Virus record (IMG/VR): IMGVR_UViG_3300045988_118131
From: a virus
Strand: one strand, 5' to 3'
DNA: 64,000 bases
The notes below the pieces were generated by a model that ran no database searches, had not been told where the DNA came from, and worked only from the letters and a program-made list of their open reading frames with translations. This document shows positions 48,038 to 56,602 of this stretch, piece by piece. How positions within the stretch are numbered: the first letter of the stretch is position 1; each line of letters opens with the position of its first letter. The translations under genes and the position numbers were made by a program.

Positions 48038-48385
48038 ATGAGAAATCTAGAGGAATTAGTAAAAGATAATATAGAATTTATAAATTCTATGAGTTGTGAA
48101 AAGTGGATTGAATTATTAAAGTCTATAGCTATATCAATATTACCTTTTTATGGTAGTGATAAAAATATAGAAGCAATAAAAAACATCAAATGTATTTCTA
48201 TTCACTATAATGAGCATGGACTAAGTGAGATTCAATTGACAACTAGTAAGCTAGATTATGAGGATTTTGAAATAAAATTAAATAATGTAGGAATAAAAAT
48301 ATCTCAACAAAGAGGACATTCTAATTTTGAAGAATATTGCTTCATTCCAATTGAAGCATTTAGAATAGTAAATAAGGAAGTATAA
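48038..48385 (+). CDS. Hypothetical protein
   Basis: 115-aa ORF. Its last 10 nt overlap the 5' end of tRNA-Ser. Confidence 0.55.
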   Translation: MRNLEELVKDNIEFINSMSCEKWIELLKSIAISILPFYGSDKNIEAIKNIKCISIHYNEHGLSEIQLTTSKLDYEDFEIKLNNVGIKISQQRGHSNFEEYCFIPIEAFRIVNKEV

Positions 48386-48467
48386 GCCTAATTGGTAAGG
48401 CAGTAGTCTTGAAAACTACTAGTAATCGTGTAAAAGCGGTGTGCCAGTTCGAGTCTGGCTGCTTCCT
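48376..48467 (+). tRNA. tRNA-Ser (UGA)
   Basis: Type II. Acceptor GGAAGTA/TGCTTCC. Anticodon stem GTAGT/ACTAC with loop CTTGAAA. T arm GCCAG-TTCGAGT-CTGGC. Confidence 0.75.
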
Positions 48468-48483
48468 CTATAAATTTTATATC

Positions 48484-48750
48484 ATGAGTAGAAGTTTTCA
48501 TCAAAGACATCGAGATTCTCACCATAATAAAAGTCCTAGAGAGATTTTGGCTATAGAAAAAAGAAATGGAGTGAATCGTATCATTTGGAGAAATAGGAAA
48601 ATTAAACCCTATGGTAGAAAAGATTTCATTGGATATGGGGAAGAAACATATCTTAAAAAATATGGGGAGTATTTTGCTCCTGTAATTGACAAGAAACGAG
48701 AAAGAAGAAGGGCAAAACAACAAATTCTTATAGAATTAAGTTTTGACTAA
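48484..48750 (+). CDS. Basic hypothetical protein
   Basis: ATG inside track ORF 48409..48750, whose 5' part overlaps the tRNA. Confidence 0.5.
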   Translation: MSRSFHQRHRDSHHNKSPREILAIEKRNGVNRIIWRNRKIKPYGRKDFIGYGEETYLKKYGEYFAPVIDKKRERRRAKQQILIELSFD

Positions 48751-48754
48751 ACTT

Positions 48755-48826
48755 GTCGGGTTGACCGAGTGGCTTAGGTACTGGTCTGCAAAACCAGGTA
48801 CAGCGGTTCGAATCCGCTACCCGATT
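48755..48826 (+). tRNA. tRNA-Cys (GCA)
   Basis: Acceptor GTCGGGT/ACCCGAT. Anticodon stem CTGGT/ACCAG with loop CTGCAAA. T arm AGCGG-TTCGAAT-CCGCT. Confidence 0.8.
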
Positions 48827-48839
48827 CTAATAAAAACAT

Positions 48840-48911
48840 ACGTCGGTGGCATGATTGGGAAGCAACGGTCTCCAAAACCGTGATATGAAGGTTCGAATCC
48901 TTCACGGCGTG
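48840..48911 (+). tRNA. tRNA-Trp (CCA)
   Basis: Anticodon stem ACGGT/ACCGT with loop CTCCAAA. T arm GAAGG-TTCGAAT-CCTTC. Discriminator G. One acceptor mismatch. Confidence 0.75.
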
Positions 48912-48927
48912 CTACAATTATAAATAA

Positions 48928-48999
48928 GGGCCGGTAGCATAATTGGGAATGCGCTAGTTTTGCACACTGGAAGATCGGGTTCGAGTCCCGCCGTGTCCA
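48928..48999 (+). tRNA. tRNA-Ala (UGC), imperfect acceptor stem
   Basis: GGG start with G3-U70. D arm GCAT-AATTGGGA-ATGC. Anticodon stem CTAGT/ACTGG with loop TTTGCAC. Two mismatches or one bulge in the acceptor. Confidence 0.55.
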
Positions 49000-49008
49000 C
49001 AACTTTTT

Positions 49009-49093
49009 GGAGAGATGGCTGAGTGGTCTAAAGCACTGCACTGCTAACGCAGCGAGGGTAACACCTCCGTTGGTTCGAATCCAACTCTCTCCG
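49009..49093 (+). tRNA. tRNA-Ser (GCU)
   Basis: Type II. Acceptor GGAGAGA/TCTCTCC. Loop CTGCTAA. Variable stem GAGG/CCTC. T arm GTTGG-TTCGAAT-CCAAC. Confidence 0.8.
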
Positions 49094-49114
49094 CAATCTA
49101 ATTTACTATATTAT

Positions 49115-49444
49115 ATGAATAGAGCAGAGAGAAGAAAACTTAAAGAGTTAAAGTTTAAGAAACGTCTTAAATTTTGGGCAAATTTAAAGTATCCAGTAAA
49201 AGAAAATAGTGAATGGAGGGCAGCAAAGTCTTGGACAGAGCTTAAAGATCATCATGAATTTAGAGACCAGTCTACTGGATATAAACGCAATGATAAAGAA
49301 TACAATCAGAAGCGTGTAAGAAAGATGGCATTTAAACTAGCTCAAAATGAATTGGAAGACATTAACTATTTCTTAGAAGATGATTTTTATTCATATTATA
49401 AAGTAAATATGAAAGCAAGAACTAATAAGAAGACTTGGAGATAG
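49115..49444 (+). CDS. Basic hypothetical protein
   Basis: ATG inside track ORF 49007..49444, whose 5' part overlaps tRNA-Ser. Confidence 0.5.
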   Translation: MNRAERRKLKELKFKKRLKFWANLKYPVKENSEWRAAKSWTELKDHHEFRDQSTGYKRNDKEYNQKRVRKMAFKLAQNELEDINYFLEDDFYSYYKVNMKARTNKKTWR

Positions 49445-49486
49445 TCTTCTTTTAAATGGTTAAACTTGAAAATTAATAGAATTAAA

Positions 49487-49580
49487 GGAAGGGTAACGGC
49501 AGCAGACTGTAAATCTGCCCTGCTTTAACAAATTGTCGTATCGGAATCGCAGTAGGTGGGTTCGAGTCCCACCCCTTCCA
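49487..49580 (+). tRNA. tRNA-Tyr-like (GUA) with truncated D region and about 37-nt variable region
   Basis: Acceptor GGAAGGG/CCCTTCC. Anticodon arm GCAGA-CTGTAAA-TCTGC. T arm GTGGG-TTCGAGT-CCCAC. Only 8 nt lie between the acceptor and anticodon stems. Confidence 0.45.
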
Positions 49581-49622
49581 CATAATACAGAAATATTCAT
49601 CTCAACACACATTTGGTTTATT

Positions 49623-49799
49623 ATGGAAGAGAAATTAGACTTAATTATTCAAAAATTGGATGAGTTACTTGTATTAACCAAACGTATTCACCGAGATACA
49701 GAACCATCTATTGAAAATAATACATCTGAATATTTATTAAATGTGTTAGGTGATGTTACTGGTGACGTTATAATGCAAGGTTTAACTGGAAGTAGATAG
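49623..49799 (+). CDS. Small hypothetical protein
   Basis: ATG inside track ORF 49533..49799. Confidence 0.45.
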   Translation: MEEKLDLIIQKLDELLVLTKRIHRDTEPSIENNTSEYLLNVLGDVTGDVIMQGLTGSR

Positions 49800-49805
49800 T
49801 AGAAC

Positions 49806-50342
49806 GGGCTTGCCTGGTTTTGACAGGTAATTACAAATTATAAGGACGTGTAGAGTTTGTACCAACTCTTTAAAAATGATACACAATTTTAAGTGGCAAC
49901 ACTGAAGTAAGAATGGCAGCGTAAGCTGTGGCTTGTCAATAAGTATATTGATTAAAGTCGGGTTAACGGAGAAGACCTAGAAACAGAAGAGGTGTGGGAA
50001 GAAGCGTATAAAGCAGCCCACTTAACTTGAACGCCAAAGGTTAGTAGAGCTGAGATTCTCCACAATGTGTATGGTAGAGACGCAAGGGCTATGCCTAAAA
50101 GTACTACTCGTTCTCCAACGTAAATGGAGTGGTGGAAAGCTGACTTCGGTCAGCCCATAGTTTGATAGTTTGTTGTATAGTTAAGCGGAAAGGTGCTAGA
50201 TGAGTCCGCTTGCAAAGAATCTAGCTCTTCTATGAAAACTATCTAAATGCTAGAACTCACTAGCTGATGTAATAAAAATGAGACACACGTTATCCTTGTA
50301 ATAAGGATTGTCTGGACGGCGGTTCGATTCCGCCCAAGTCCA
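49806..50342 (+). ncRNA. ssrA: tmRNA (transfer-messenger RNA)
   Basis: 5' GGGCTTGCCTGGTTTTGACAGG pairs with 3' CAAGTCC-A (G3-U70). T arm GGCGG-TTCGATT-CCGCC. Tag reading frame GGC AAC ACT GAA GTA AGA ATG GCA GCG TAA (49895-49924) gives GNTEVRMAA. Internal UUCG hairpin GCTGAC-TTCG-GTCAGC. Confidence 0.8.
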
Positions 50343-50380
50343 CTTAACATCAGATTAAAAATAAGATAAACAAATAAGTT

Positions 50381-50914
50381 ATGGAATCTAGATTATTGCC
50401 CAATTACAAGACTGTAGGAAATGAAGAAATAAGTTATCCTACTTATTCTAAATTAAGTGCTTTTATGATAGAACGTGAGACTAACTATATTTCATCTATT
50501 GTAGATGTGTTAATAAAGAAAGTCCCTCAAAATAAACCAATAAAATTTCTAGTTAGAGGAATGTCTATGGCTATCCTAACTGGAAGTGTGGCATATCATT
50601 TAAGATGTAAAGGTAGGGCATGTAAAATTGATATTTTAAGAAAAAAGGGAGATGATTCTCATATGGGTGTACACTTTGAGGACAATGAGTCGTATATAGT
50701 CGATCCTGACTATGTTTATGTTGTAGTTGACGACCTAGTAGCTTCTGGAGACACCGTCCGAAAACTTGGAAGTCTGGTAAAGTTCAATTATCGCAAAAGA
50801 AAATTGGATTTTCTCTTTGTTTCTTCTATTTATTGTAGGGGAGAGTCTGAAGTAAAGTATTGGTCTAAGTATTATAAATATGTGTATAGTAATCGTATAA
50901 TAGAAACTAAATAG
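50381..50914 (+). CDS. Phosphoribosyltransferase-family protein
   Basis: PRPP-binding motif VYVVVDDLVASGDT. Confidence 0.55.
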   Translation: MESRLLPNYKTVGNEEISYPTYSKLSAFMIERETNYISSIVDVLIKKVPQNKPIKFLVRGMSMAILTGSVAYHLRCKGRACKIDILRKKGDDSHMGVHFEDNESYIVDPDYVYVVVDDLVASGDTVRKLGSLVKFNYRKRKLDFLFVSSIYCRGESEVKYWSKYYKYVYSNRIIETK

Positions 50915-50925
50915 TTTCCAGTGTG

Positions 50926-50999
50926 GATCTTGTAGCTCAGTTGGTTAGAGCTCGATACTTTTAATATCGGGGTCGACAGTTCGAATCTGTCCGAGATCA
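50926..50999 (+). tRNA. tRNA-Lys (UUU)
   Basis: Acceptor GATCTTG/CGAGATC. D arm GCTC-AGTTGGTTA-GAGC. Loop CTTTTAA. T arm GACAG-TTCGAAT-CTGTC. Confidence 0.85.
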
Positions 51000-51051
51000 C
51001 ATAATCAAGATAAACATTGGGTATCATCCCAATATCATATGTGTGTTAGTG

Positions 51052-51089
51052 ATGCCAGTCGTTCGCGAGAATAATTGGCATTTTTTTTA
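51052..51089 (+). terminator. Rho-independent terminator
   Basis: ATGCCA..(inner TCG-TTCG-CGA)..TGGCAT followed by T8. Confidence 0.6.
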
Positions 51090-51115
51090 TGTGAAATTTT
51101 AAAGATAAACAAAAT

Positions 51116-51841
51116 ATGGCAAGATTAAGTGATTTACAAAAGTTCTTAGTTTCAAAAAATCCTAACAAAATTCAAGAATCAAAAACTTCAAGTAGTGTTT
51201 ATTATTACTTTGAAAGTTGCATTATTAGAGTTTCTGATCATTTGGATAATAAGTTGCAACTGAATCCTAATTATATGAACATTGTTTGTTCTAACAATAA
51301 GGAATTTGTAGTTTCTGTTCAGGGAAGGGTATTAGCAATACCATATAAAGAGATTAAAGAGCTTATATTAGGGTATATAACTTTTAGTTATATTAGGAAT
51401 TTAGAACGTTCTGACTTAAAACTTACCCATACTTATAAAGATGAATATTTTGAACTTTTGAAAAGATTTGATGAATTGTCTGTTTCTTTAGAGAAAGTGA
51501 ATAAAGAATATGTTATATTGAAGAATAAGCAAATTGATGATATTCATTCTCATCAGAAAATAATTAAGGAGCTTACTGAAAGCTACAAAAATATTTCTAA
51601 TCACTTTATAAAGAAATCAGAAACATTGGAATCAAAAACTAATGAATGCAAAAATCTTACTAAGAAATTAAAGGATGCTAATATGGCTTTGACAAGTGCA
51701 GAACATATAGCAAAAATAAATTTAGAGAAAGTTGATAAATTAACGAAGGAAAAGAATGAGCTAATGAAGGAAAATGAAGAACTTAGTGAGAGAATAAAAG
51801 CTATAAGTAACAAAGTGTCGGATTTAATTTCGGATTTATAA
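51116..51841 (+). CDS. Coiled-coil hypothetical protein
   Basis: 241-aa ORF; heptad-rich C-terminal half. Confidence 0.6.
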   Translation: MARLSDLQKFLVSKNPNKIQESKTSSSVYYYFESCIIRVSDHLDNKLQLNPNYMNIVCSNNKEFVVSVQGRVLAIPYKEIKELILGYITFSYIRNLERSDLKLTHTYKDEYFELLKRFDELSVSLEKVNKEYVILKNKQIDDIHSHQKIIKELTESYKNISNHFIKKSETLESKTNECKNLTKKLKDANMALTSAEHIAKINLEKVDKLTKEKNELMKENEELSERIKAISNKVSDLISDL

Positions 51842-51843
51842 AG

Positions 51844-52149
51844 ATGGGATTAATTGATAAAGTCACAGCCGTTTCTAAAAAGATTAAAAACAATAGAGAT
51901 ATTAAAGATGTTTCTATAAAATTAGGCGAGGAATGCGGTGAAGTACAGGGAGTAGTAAGTATAATGACTGGATTATCTTCCTACAAAGAGGTTAAGAATA
52001 ATGACTTAGTTGATGAACTCGTGGATGTGTTTATCAATATAGTGGATATTGGTTTTATTTTTTATGGAAAAAGATTTAGAAATCTGTTTCATAGAAGATT
52101 GAGATTGAAACTTAAAAAATGGGAAGAAAAATACCAACTACAACAGTAA
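51844..52149 (+). CDS. MazG-like nucleotide pyrophosphohydrolase
   Basis: KLGEECGEV ... LVDELVDVFINIVDI (EExxE...ExxD pattern). Confidence 0.55.
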   Translation: MGLIDKVTAVSKKIKNNRDIKDVSIKLGEECGEVQGVVSIMTGLSSYKEVKNNDLVDELVDVFINIVDIGFIFYGKRFRNLFHRRLRLKLKKWEEKYQLQQ

Positions 52150-52559
52150 TGAATGAGTGGGTTTATAATAAATTAAATGAACTGTGTAGGGTACTCCACG
52201 ATAAATATACTATAAATTGGGGAGGGTGTGCCTTTGTAGCATATTGTATAGCTAGAAACTTATCGGAACGTAATATTCCATATAAAGTAGTGTTATTTGG
52301 AAGAATGACAGCAGAATATATGGTTAAAACTAGCTATGCTTGTAATCATGCTTCTATTATGGCAGAAGAGAAGTCTCTTATAAATCCCTATAGTATTTGT
52401 GGGATGAAAATTCCGGATGAAAGTATTGTAGACTTAACTCCAAAGGAGCTATTAGCATATTACAAAAATGCTAAAGGTTCTTGGAATAATGACTACGATG
52501 TAAAACTGAATTCAACCGTAAGTAGACAGATTAATAACTTTTTTAAAACTATATTTTAA
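52149..52559 (+). CDS. Hypothetical protein
   Basis: ATG in a TAATG junction, inside track ORF 52119..52559. Confidence 0.5.
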   Translation: MNEWVYNKLNELCRVLHDKYTINWGGCAFVAYCIARNLSERNIPYKVVLFGRMTAEYMVKTSYACNHASIMAEEKSLINPYSICGMKIPDESIVDLTPKELLAYYKNAKGSWNNDYDVKLNSTVSRQINNFFKTIF

Positions 52560-52560
52560 T

Positions 52561-53877
52561 ATGAAGAAATTTTTATTGACATTTTTTATTGCATTCGTAT
52601 CTTTAATGACTTATGCTCAAGTAGACACATTGAAATTGATTCCTGGAAAGGAAATTATGTATGAATTGCAAATTGATACTGTAAAGTATGACTATCTAAA
52701 GAAAGTAGCTTGGTTTGCAGGATTTCCTGAAGTAGAAGCAACTTTTCAAGAGGGAAAGAAAACAGTATGTGCGACTCTAATCAAGGAAGACGATATTATA
52801 ACTTTAAATGGCAAGAGTTATTTATATCTAAAGAGTATTCCTAAAGACTGGTTTGAAGTAGCTACCTGGGAGGGAGCTCCACATCCAAGAACTATTACTT
52901 TATTTTATGGACATAGACTTTCGACTAAGTCTCCTGTAACTGATGAATTTGGAACGTGGTATAGTAGAAAGGATTTTGAAGGAATGACCCTTGATACCGT
53001 TACTGTAGCTCATATTCTTAAACCTTTAGATGGTATTAAGGATTTCTATATTAATGGAGAGCAGTCCAAAGCTAGTTATGATATTCAAATTGGAGACACT
53101 CTTGAAATTAAATTTGATGTAGAAGAACCAATGGATATTGATAACTATATGTTAGTTAAAGACGAAGATGCCATTAAAGTTTCGGAGCAAGATTCGTTTA
53201 TTTTAATTCCAACAGAATCAATAGAAGAAGTTGCGCCAGTAATTAGCAATGTTTTAGGGGATTATACAATAGAATCAAGAAAATTTAATATCAATGTATT
53301 TCCCAAATTTGCCATTGAAGAATTGTCTTATACAACCTTTAGAAAAGGGAATACAGAAAAGAAAGACTATACTAACACTCTGGAAATTAGTCCTGTTGTT
53401 TTAAATGGAGATTCAGTTGTTTTGGAAATCTTGACCAATGAAGATAAACTTGGACCATTTAAAAAGGAATCTTCCAAATTTTCTTGGAATAAAGATGGAA
53501 AAGATTTGAATGATTCTCTTTATATGGTAGAGGACTGTAAACTTATTATTCCTAAATACAATAAGGGGACTATGGATGGTAAGTATAATTGCATTGTTAC
53601 TAATGGTAAAATTACATTTACTGTAACATTTGATGTAACATCAAATTACCCAACCTCTAATGAGACTATAGATACTAACGATTTTAGAGTACTATGTCAA
53701 GATGGGCATGTGCTAATCAGCAATGCTGTTTCTAAACATTTAGTTATATCTGATACTTCTGGAAAAATGTTGGTAAATAAAGTAATTACATCTGATATGG
53801 AGCAAATTTCTGTTCCTAAAAATACTGTTCTATTTGTTACGATAGAAGGGAAAACTATTAAGACAGTTTCCAAGTAA
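52561..53877 (+). CDS. Secreted Ig-like protein with T9SS-type C-terminal sorting-domain-like end (tentative)
   Basis: Signal peptide MKKFLLTFFIAFVSLMTYAQ. GKYNCIVTNG Ig-like motif. C-terminus ..LVISDTSGKMLVNKVI..VLFVTIEGKTIKTVSK. Confidence 0.45.
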   Translation: MKKFLLTFFIAFVSLMTYAQVDTLKLIPGKEIMYELQIDTVKYDYLKKVAWFAGFPEVEATFQEGKKTVCATLIKEDDIITLNGKSYLYLKSIPKDWFEVATWEGAPHPRTITLFYGHRLSTKSPVTDEFGTWYSRKDFEGMTLDTVTVAHILKPLDGIKDFYINGEQSKASYDIQIGDTLEIKFDVEEPMDIDNYMLVKDEDAIKVSEQDSFILIPTESIEEVAPVISNVLGDYTIESRKFNINVFPKFAIEELSYTTFRKGNTEKKDYTNTLEISPVVLNGDSVVLEILTNEDKLGPFKKESSKFSWNKDGKDLNDSLYMVEDCKLIIPKYNKGTMDGKYNCIVTNGKITFTVTFDVTSNYPTSNETIDTNDFRVLCQDGHVLISNAVSKHLVISDTSGKMLVNKVITSDMEQISVPKNTVLFVTIEGKTIKTVSK

Positions 53878-54056
53878 TCTAATAATTATTCCTTAACTTT
53901 CTAAAATGTACGAAATGATAATACCAATATTGTTACTAATATTAGGTGTTGTGTTCCTAAGAATTGATCCATATCTTGATATTAGTGACGATGGTATAAT
54001 CCTTTGGTACTCAACACTACTGGCAAATAAACGTAAATATATAAAACTTAAATAAG

Positions 54057-54308
54057 ATGGCTAATATTTTATCAAAATCAGTAACTGCAAGTTCTTTAAA
54101 AGCAAAATCTTCTGGAATCCTGTCAGTTTTTTATAAGACTATTGATTCTTTGCAGGAAGTAGTCAAATCTGCTAAACAGGAAGCTGATATTAAGCAGCAA
54201 AATATTGATAGACTGGCTTTAGAGAAGGAAGAGCTTATGCAAGTTGCTCAAGAAAACGAAGCTATTGTTAGTAAACTTTCAAAACTATTAACTAATGAGT
54301 TGGAGTAA
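54057..54308 (+). CDS. Coiled-coil hypothetical protein
   Basis: 83-aa ORF. Confidence 0.5.
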   Translation: MANILSKSVTASSLKAKSSGILSVFYKTIDSLQEVVKSAKQEADIKQQNIDRLALEKEELMQVAQENEAIVSKLSKLLTNELE

Positions 54309-54936
54309 AATAGAAAAATACCTAAAGCCTGGAAACCTAGTTAAGTTTGATACAGATGAGTTGGGAATAATCCTTCCAGATGAAGAAACAGGCACTATAC
54401 GAGTATGTGGTGATGGAAACTCTTCTAGAGCATGGTATACCGAAGAAGGTTTAAGAGATAGATGTAATTCAATAGAAAAAATATGGGGACCTGCACCTAA
54501 TAGGTATGGAGTAAGTTTTGATACCGAACACAGAAGTCTTTTATATTCTATTTCAACTTTTGAAGTAGATGTATGCGAGAGAAAGAAAGTATTTGTAGGA
54601 GTTAGTAATAATGCCAGCGAAAAGGATATAGCTAGAGTTTTACAAATTATTGAGAAGGAAGGAAAAGAAGCTGTTTTTTGGAGTACAAGTAAATCTCCTA
54701 TAGTTAACTATGATATTTTATCCAAATGTCATGAGTTAATAATAGTTACTCCAGAAGGCTTTTGTAATGGCGGTTATGTGGGCAAAGGCTTAGACGAAAT
54801 GATCAGAACGGCTCTAGATAATTGCATTAAAATTAGAGTACTTGTTGAAAATAAACTTAGGAAGTTTAAGCGTTTAGTGAGCAACTACAAAGAAACAGGA
54901 AGTTACGTAAATTATTCTTTATTATTTGTTTTATGA
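54295..54936 (+). CDS. Hypothetical protein
   Basis: 213-aa ORF; TGA stop in an ATGA overlap. Confidence 0.6.
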   Translation: MSWSKIEKYLKPGNLVKFDTDELGIILPDEETGTIRVCGDGNSSRAWYTEEGLRDRCNSIEKIWGPAPNRYGVSFDTEHRSLLYSISTFEVDVCERKKVFVGVSNNASEKDIARVLQIIEKEGKEAVFWSTSKSPIVNYDILSKCHELIIVTPEGFCNGGYVGKGLDEMIRTALDNCIKIRVLVENKLRKFKRLVSNYKETGSYVNYSLLFVL

Positions 54937-55343
54937 CCGATTATACAATATTTACTGATGGGGCATATTCATTTGCTAGAAAGCAAGGTGGATGTGCCTT
55001 TATCATTTTAAATAGTAAAGGTAAAGAAGTTACGGAATATTCTAAATGCTTCGTCAATTGCACTAACAATCAAATGGAAATGATGGCTTGTATAATAGCT
55101 CTAGAGTCTATAAAAACTCCTTCTGAAATTCTAATTATGAGCGATTCTATGTATGTGATAGGAACATATACAAAGAACTGGAGAAGAAAAAAGAACCAAA
55201 AACTATGGGAAAGGTTTGATAAAGCTATAGCTTTTCACAAAAAGGTTGATTTTCAACACGTTAAGGGTCATGAAGACAATTTCTATAATAATAGGTGTGA
55301 CCAATTAGCGGTGGAGGCAACTAAGATTTGTTTAACTAAATAA
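54933..55343 (+). CDS. rnhA: Ribonuclease HI
   Basis: FTDGAY..NNQMEMMA..IMSDSMY..HVKGH..NNRCDQLA carries the DEDD catalytic pattern of RNase H1. Confidence 0.8.
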   Translation: MTDYTIFTDGAYSFARKQGGCAFIILNSKGKEVTEYSKCFVNCTNNQMEMMACIIALESIKTPSEILIMSDSMYVIGTYTKNWRRKKNQKLWERFDKAIAFHKKVDFQHVKGHEDNFYNNRCDQLAVEATKICLTK

Positions 55344-55485
55344 ATAATTACAAATGAAGTACAAGAAGAAATTAGCTTATTTGCAATCTCGCCAAGCATG
55401 GTGGGATAAACAGCCGAAGGATTATCAAGCAGCAACAACTAGACCAGGCTCTGTAAAAGTAAAATAAAATAATAAATAGAAAAAC

Positions 55486-56583
55486 ATGGAAGGAATTAAA
55501 GAGTTAATTTGGTTAAACGATGGGAGAACTTATAGACAAATTGAGGAAAGTGTACAGCTGATTCCTACTTTGCCTAAAAAGGTTTATAATATGTGCTTAG
55601 ATCCATACGAACGTATATATTTGGAAGAGTACTGTGAGAACTTTAACTTTGAATTCAAAGTATATGGCTTGGAAACTAAGTTTATTGACCACGTCATGAC
55701 CACTTTTGAAAATACGTCTGGTAATTTAGGCATTCTCCTAAATGGTACTAAAGGAACCGGTAAAACAGTATGTGCTAAGATTTTGGCCAATAAAATGAAT
55801 CTTCCAGTTATTATTGTCCCCAGAAATATGAAGGGTCTTCAAGAATTTGTTTCCAAAATTAGTTCGGACGTTATTCTATTCTTTGACGAATTTGAAAAGT
55901 CTTTTGATAGAAATGATTCTACTATCTTAACTATTATGGATGGGGTGTATAATAGTGGACACCGTAAAATCTTCTTGCTGACCACTAATCAATTATATAT
56001 CAATGATAATTTGATTGGTAGACCTTCCCGTATTCGTTACAAGAAAACATTTGGAAATTTGTCTGTAGAAACTATTAAGGAATATCTTGAGGACAATCTT
56101 ATAGATAAAAGTAGATCTAATCAAATTTTAGAATTTGTAGATTCTTTGTCTATATCTACTATTGATATTCTTAAATCAACTGTAGAAGAAATTAACATAC
56201 ATAATTGTAATATTTCCGACTTTAAGAAATGGATTAATGTTGAGCAGGCTAAGTTCTCTTGGAAATTCTGGTATAAGAGAATAGATCGTGATGATGATAT
56301 TTATGGGGTTTATACTCTTGAAGACTTTAAGAAAGAATTAAAAGAAACTCCAAAGGATAAATTAGACGACAACTGCATTTGGCAGTCTAGTACTAATACA
56401 AACTCTTCAGTAGAGTATATGCACGAAGGTGAGAATTTCTACTACGGGCAAATTACCCAAACTCTCACTAGTGACAATTATCTTGTTTTAGAAGACGAGG
56501 ATAACTCTATTTATTATTGTTATATCATTAATATTGACAAGAAACCGTCTCTATATAGAGGAGCGCTAGGTTACGCATTTTAA
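55486..56583 (+). CDS. AAA+ ATPase
   Basis: Walker A GTKGTGKT and Walker B ILFFDEFE. Confidence 0.8.
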   Translation: MEGIKELIWLNDGRTYRQIEESVQLIPTLPKKVYNMCLDPYERIYLEEYCENFNFEFKVYGLETKFIDHVMTTFENTSGNLGILLNGTKGTGKTVCAKILANKMNLPVIIVPRNMKGLQEFVSKISSDVILFFDEFEKSFDRNDSTILTIMDGVYNSGHRKIFLLTTNQLYINDNLIGRPSRIRYKKTFGNLSVETIKEYLEDNLIDKSRSNQILEFVDSLSISTIDILKSTVEEINIHNCNISDFKKWINVEQAKFSWKFWYKRIDRDDDIYGVYTLEDFKKELKETPKDKLDDNCIWQSSTNTNSSVEYMHEGENFYYGQITQTLTSDNYLVLEDEDNSIYYCYIINIDKKPSLYRGALGYAF

Positions 56584-56602
56584 AAAAAAAATAAAAATAA
56601 TT

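Noticed and set aside
40986-49600. HDV-like/theta-type ribozymes immediately downstream of tRNAs.
   Set aside because: I inspected the 3' flanks of every tRNA. Most are short AT-rich linkers or simple hairpins, and I could not build a P1/P3/P1.1 nested pseudoknot by eye. The long structured spacers all lie on the 5' side. This needs a covariance search before it can be excluded.
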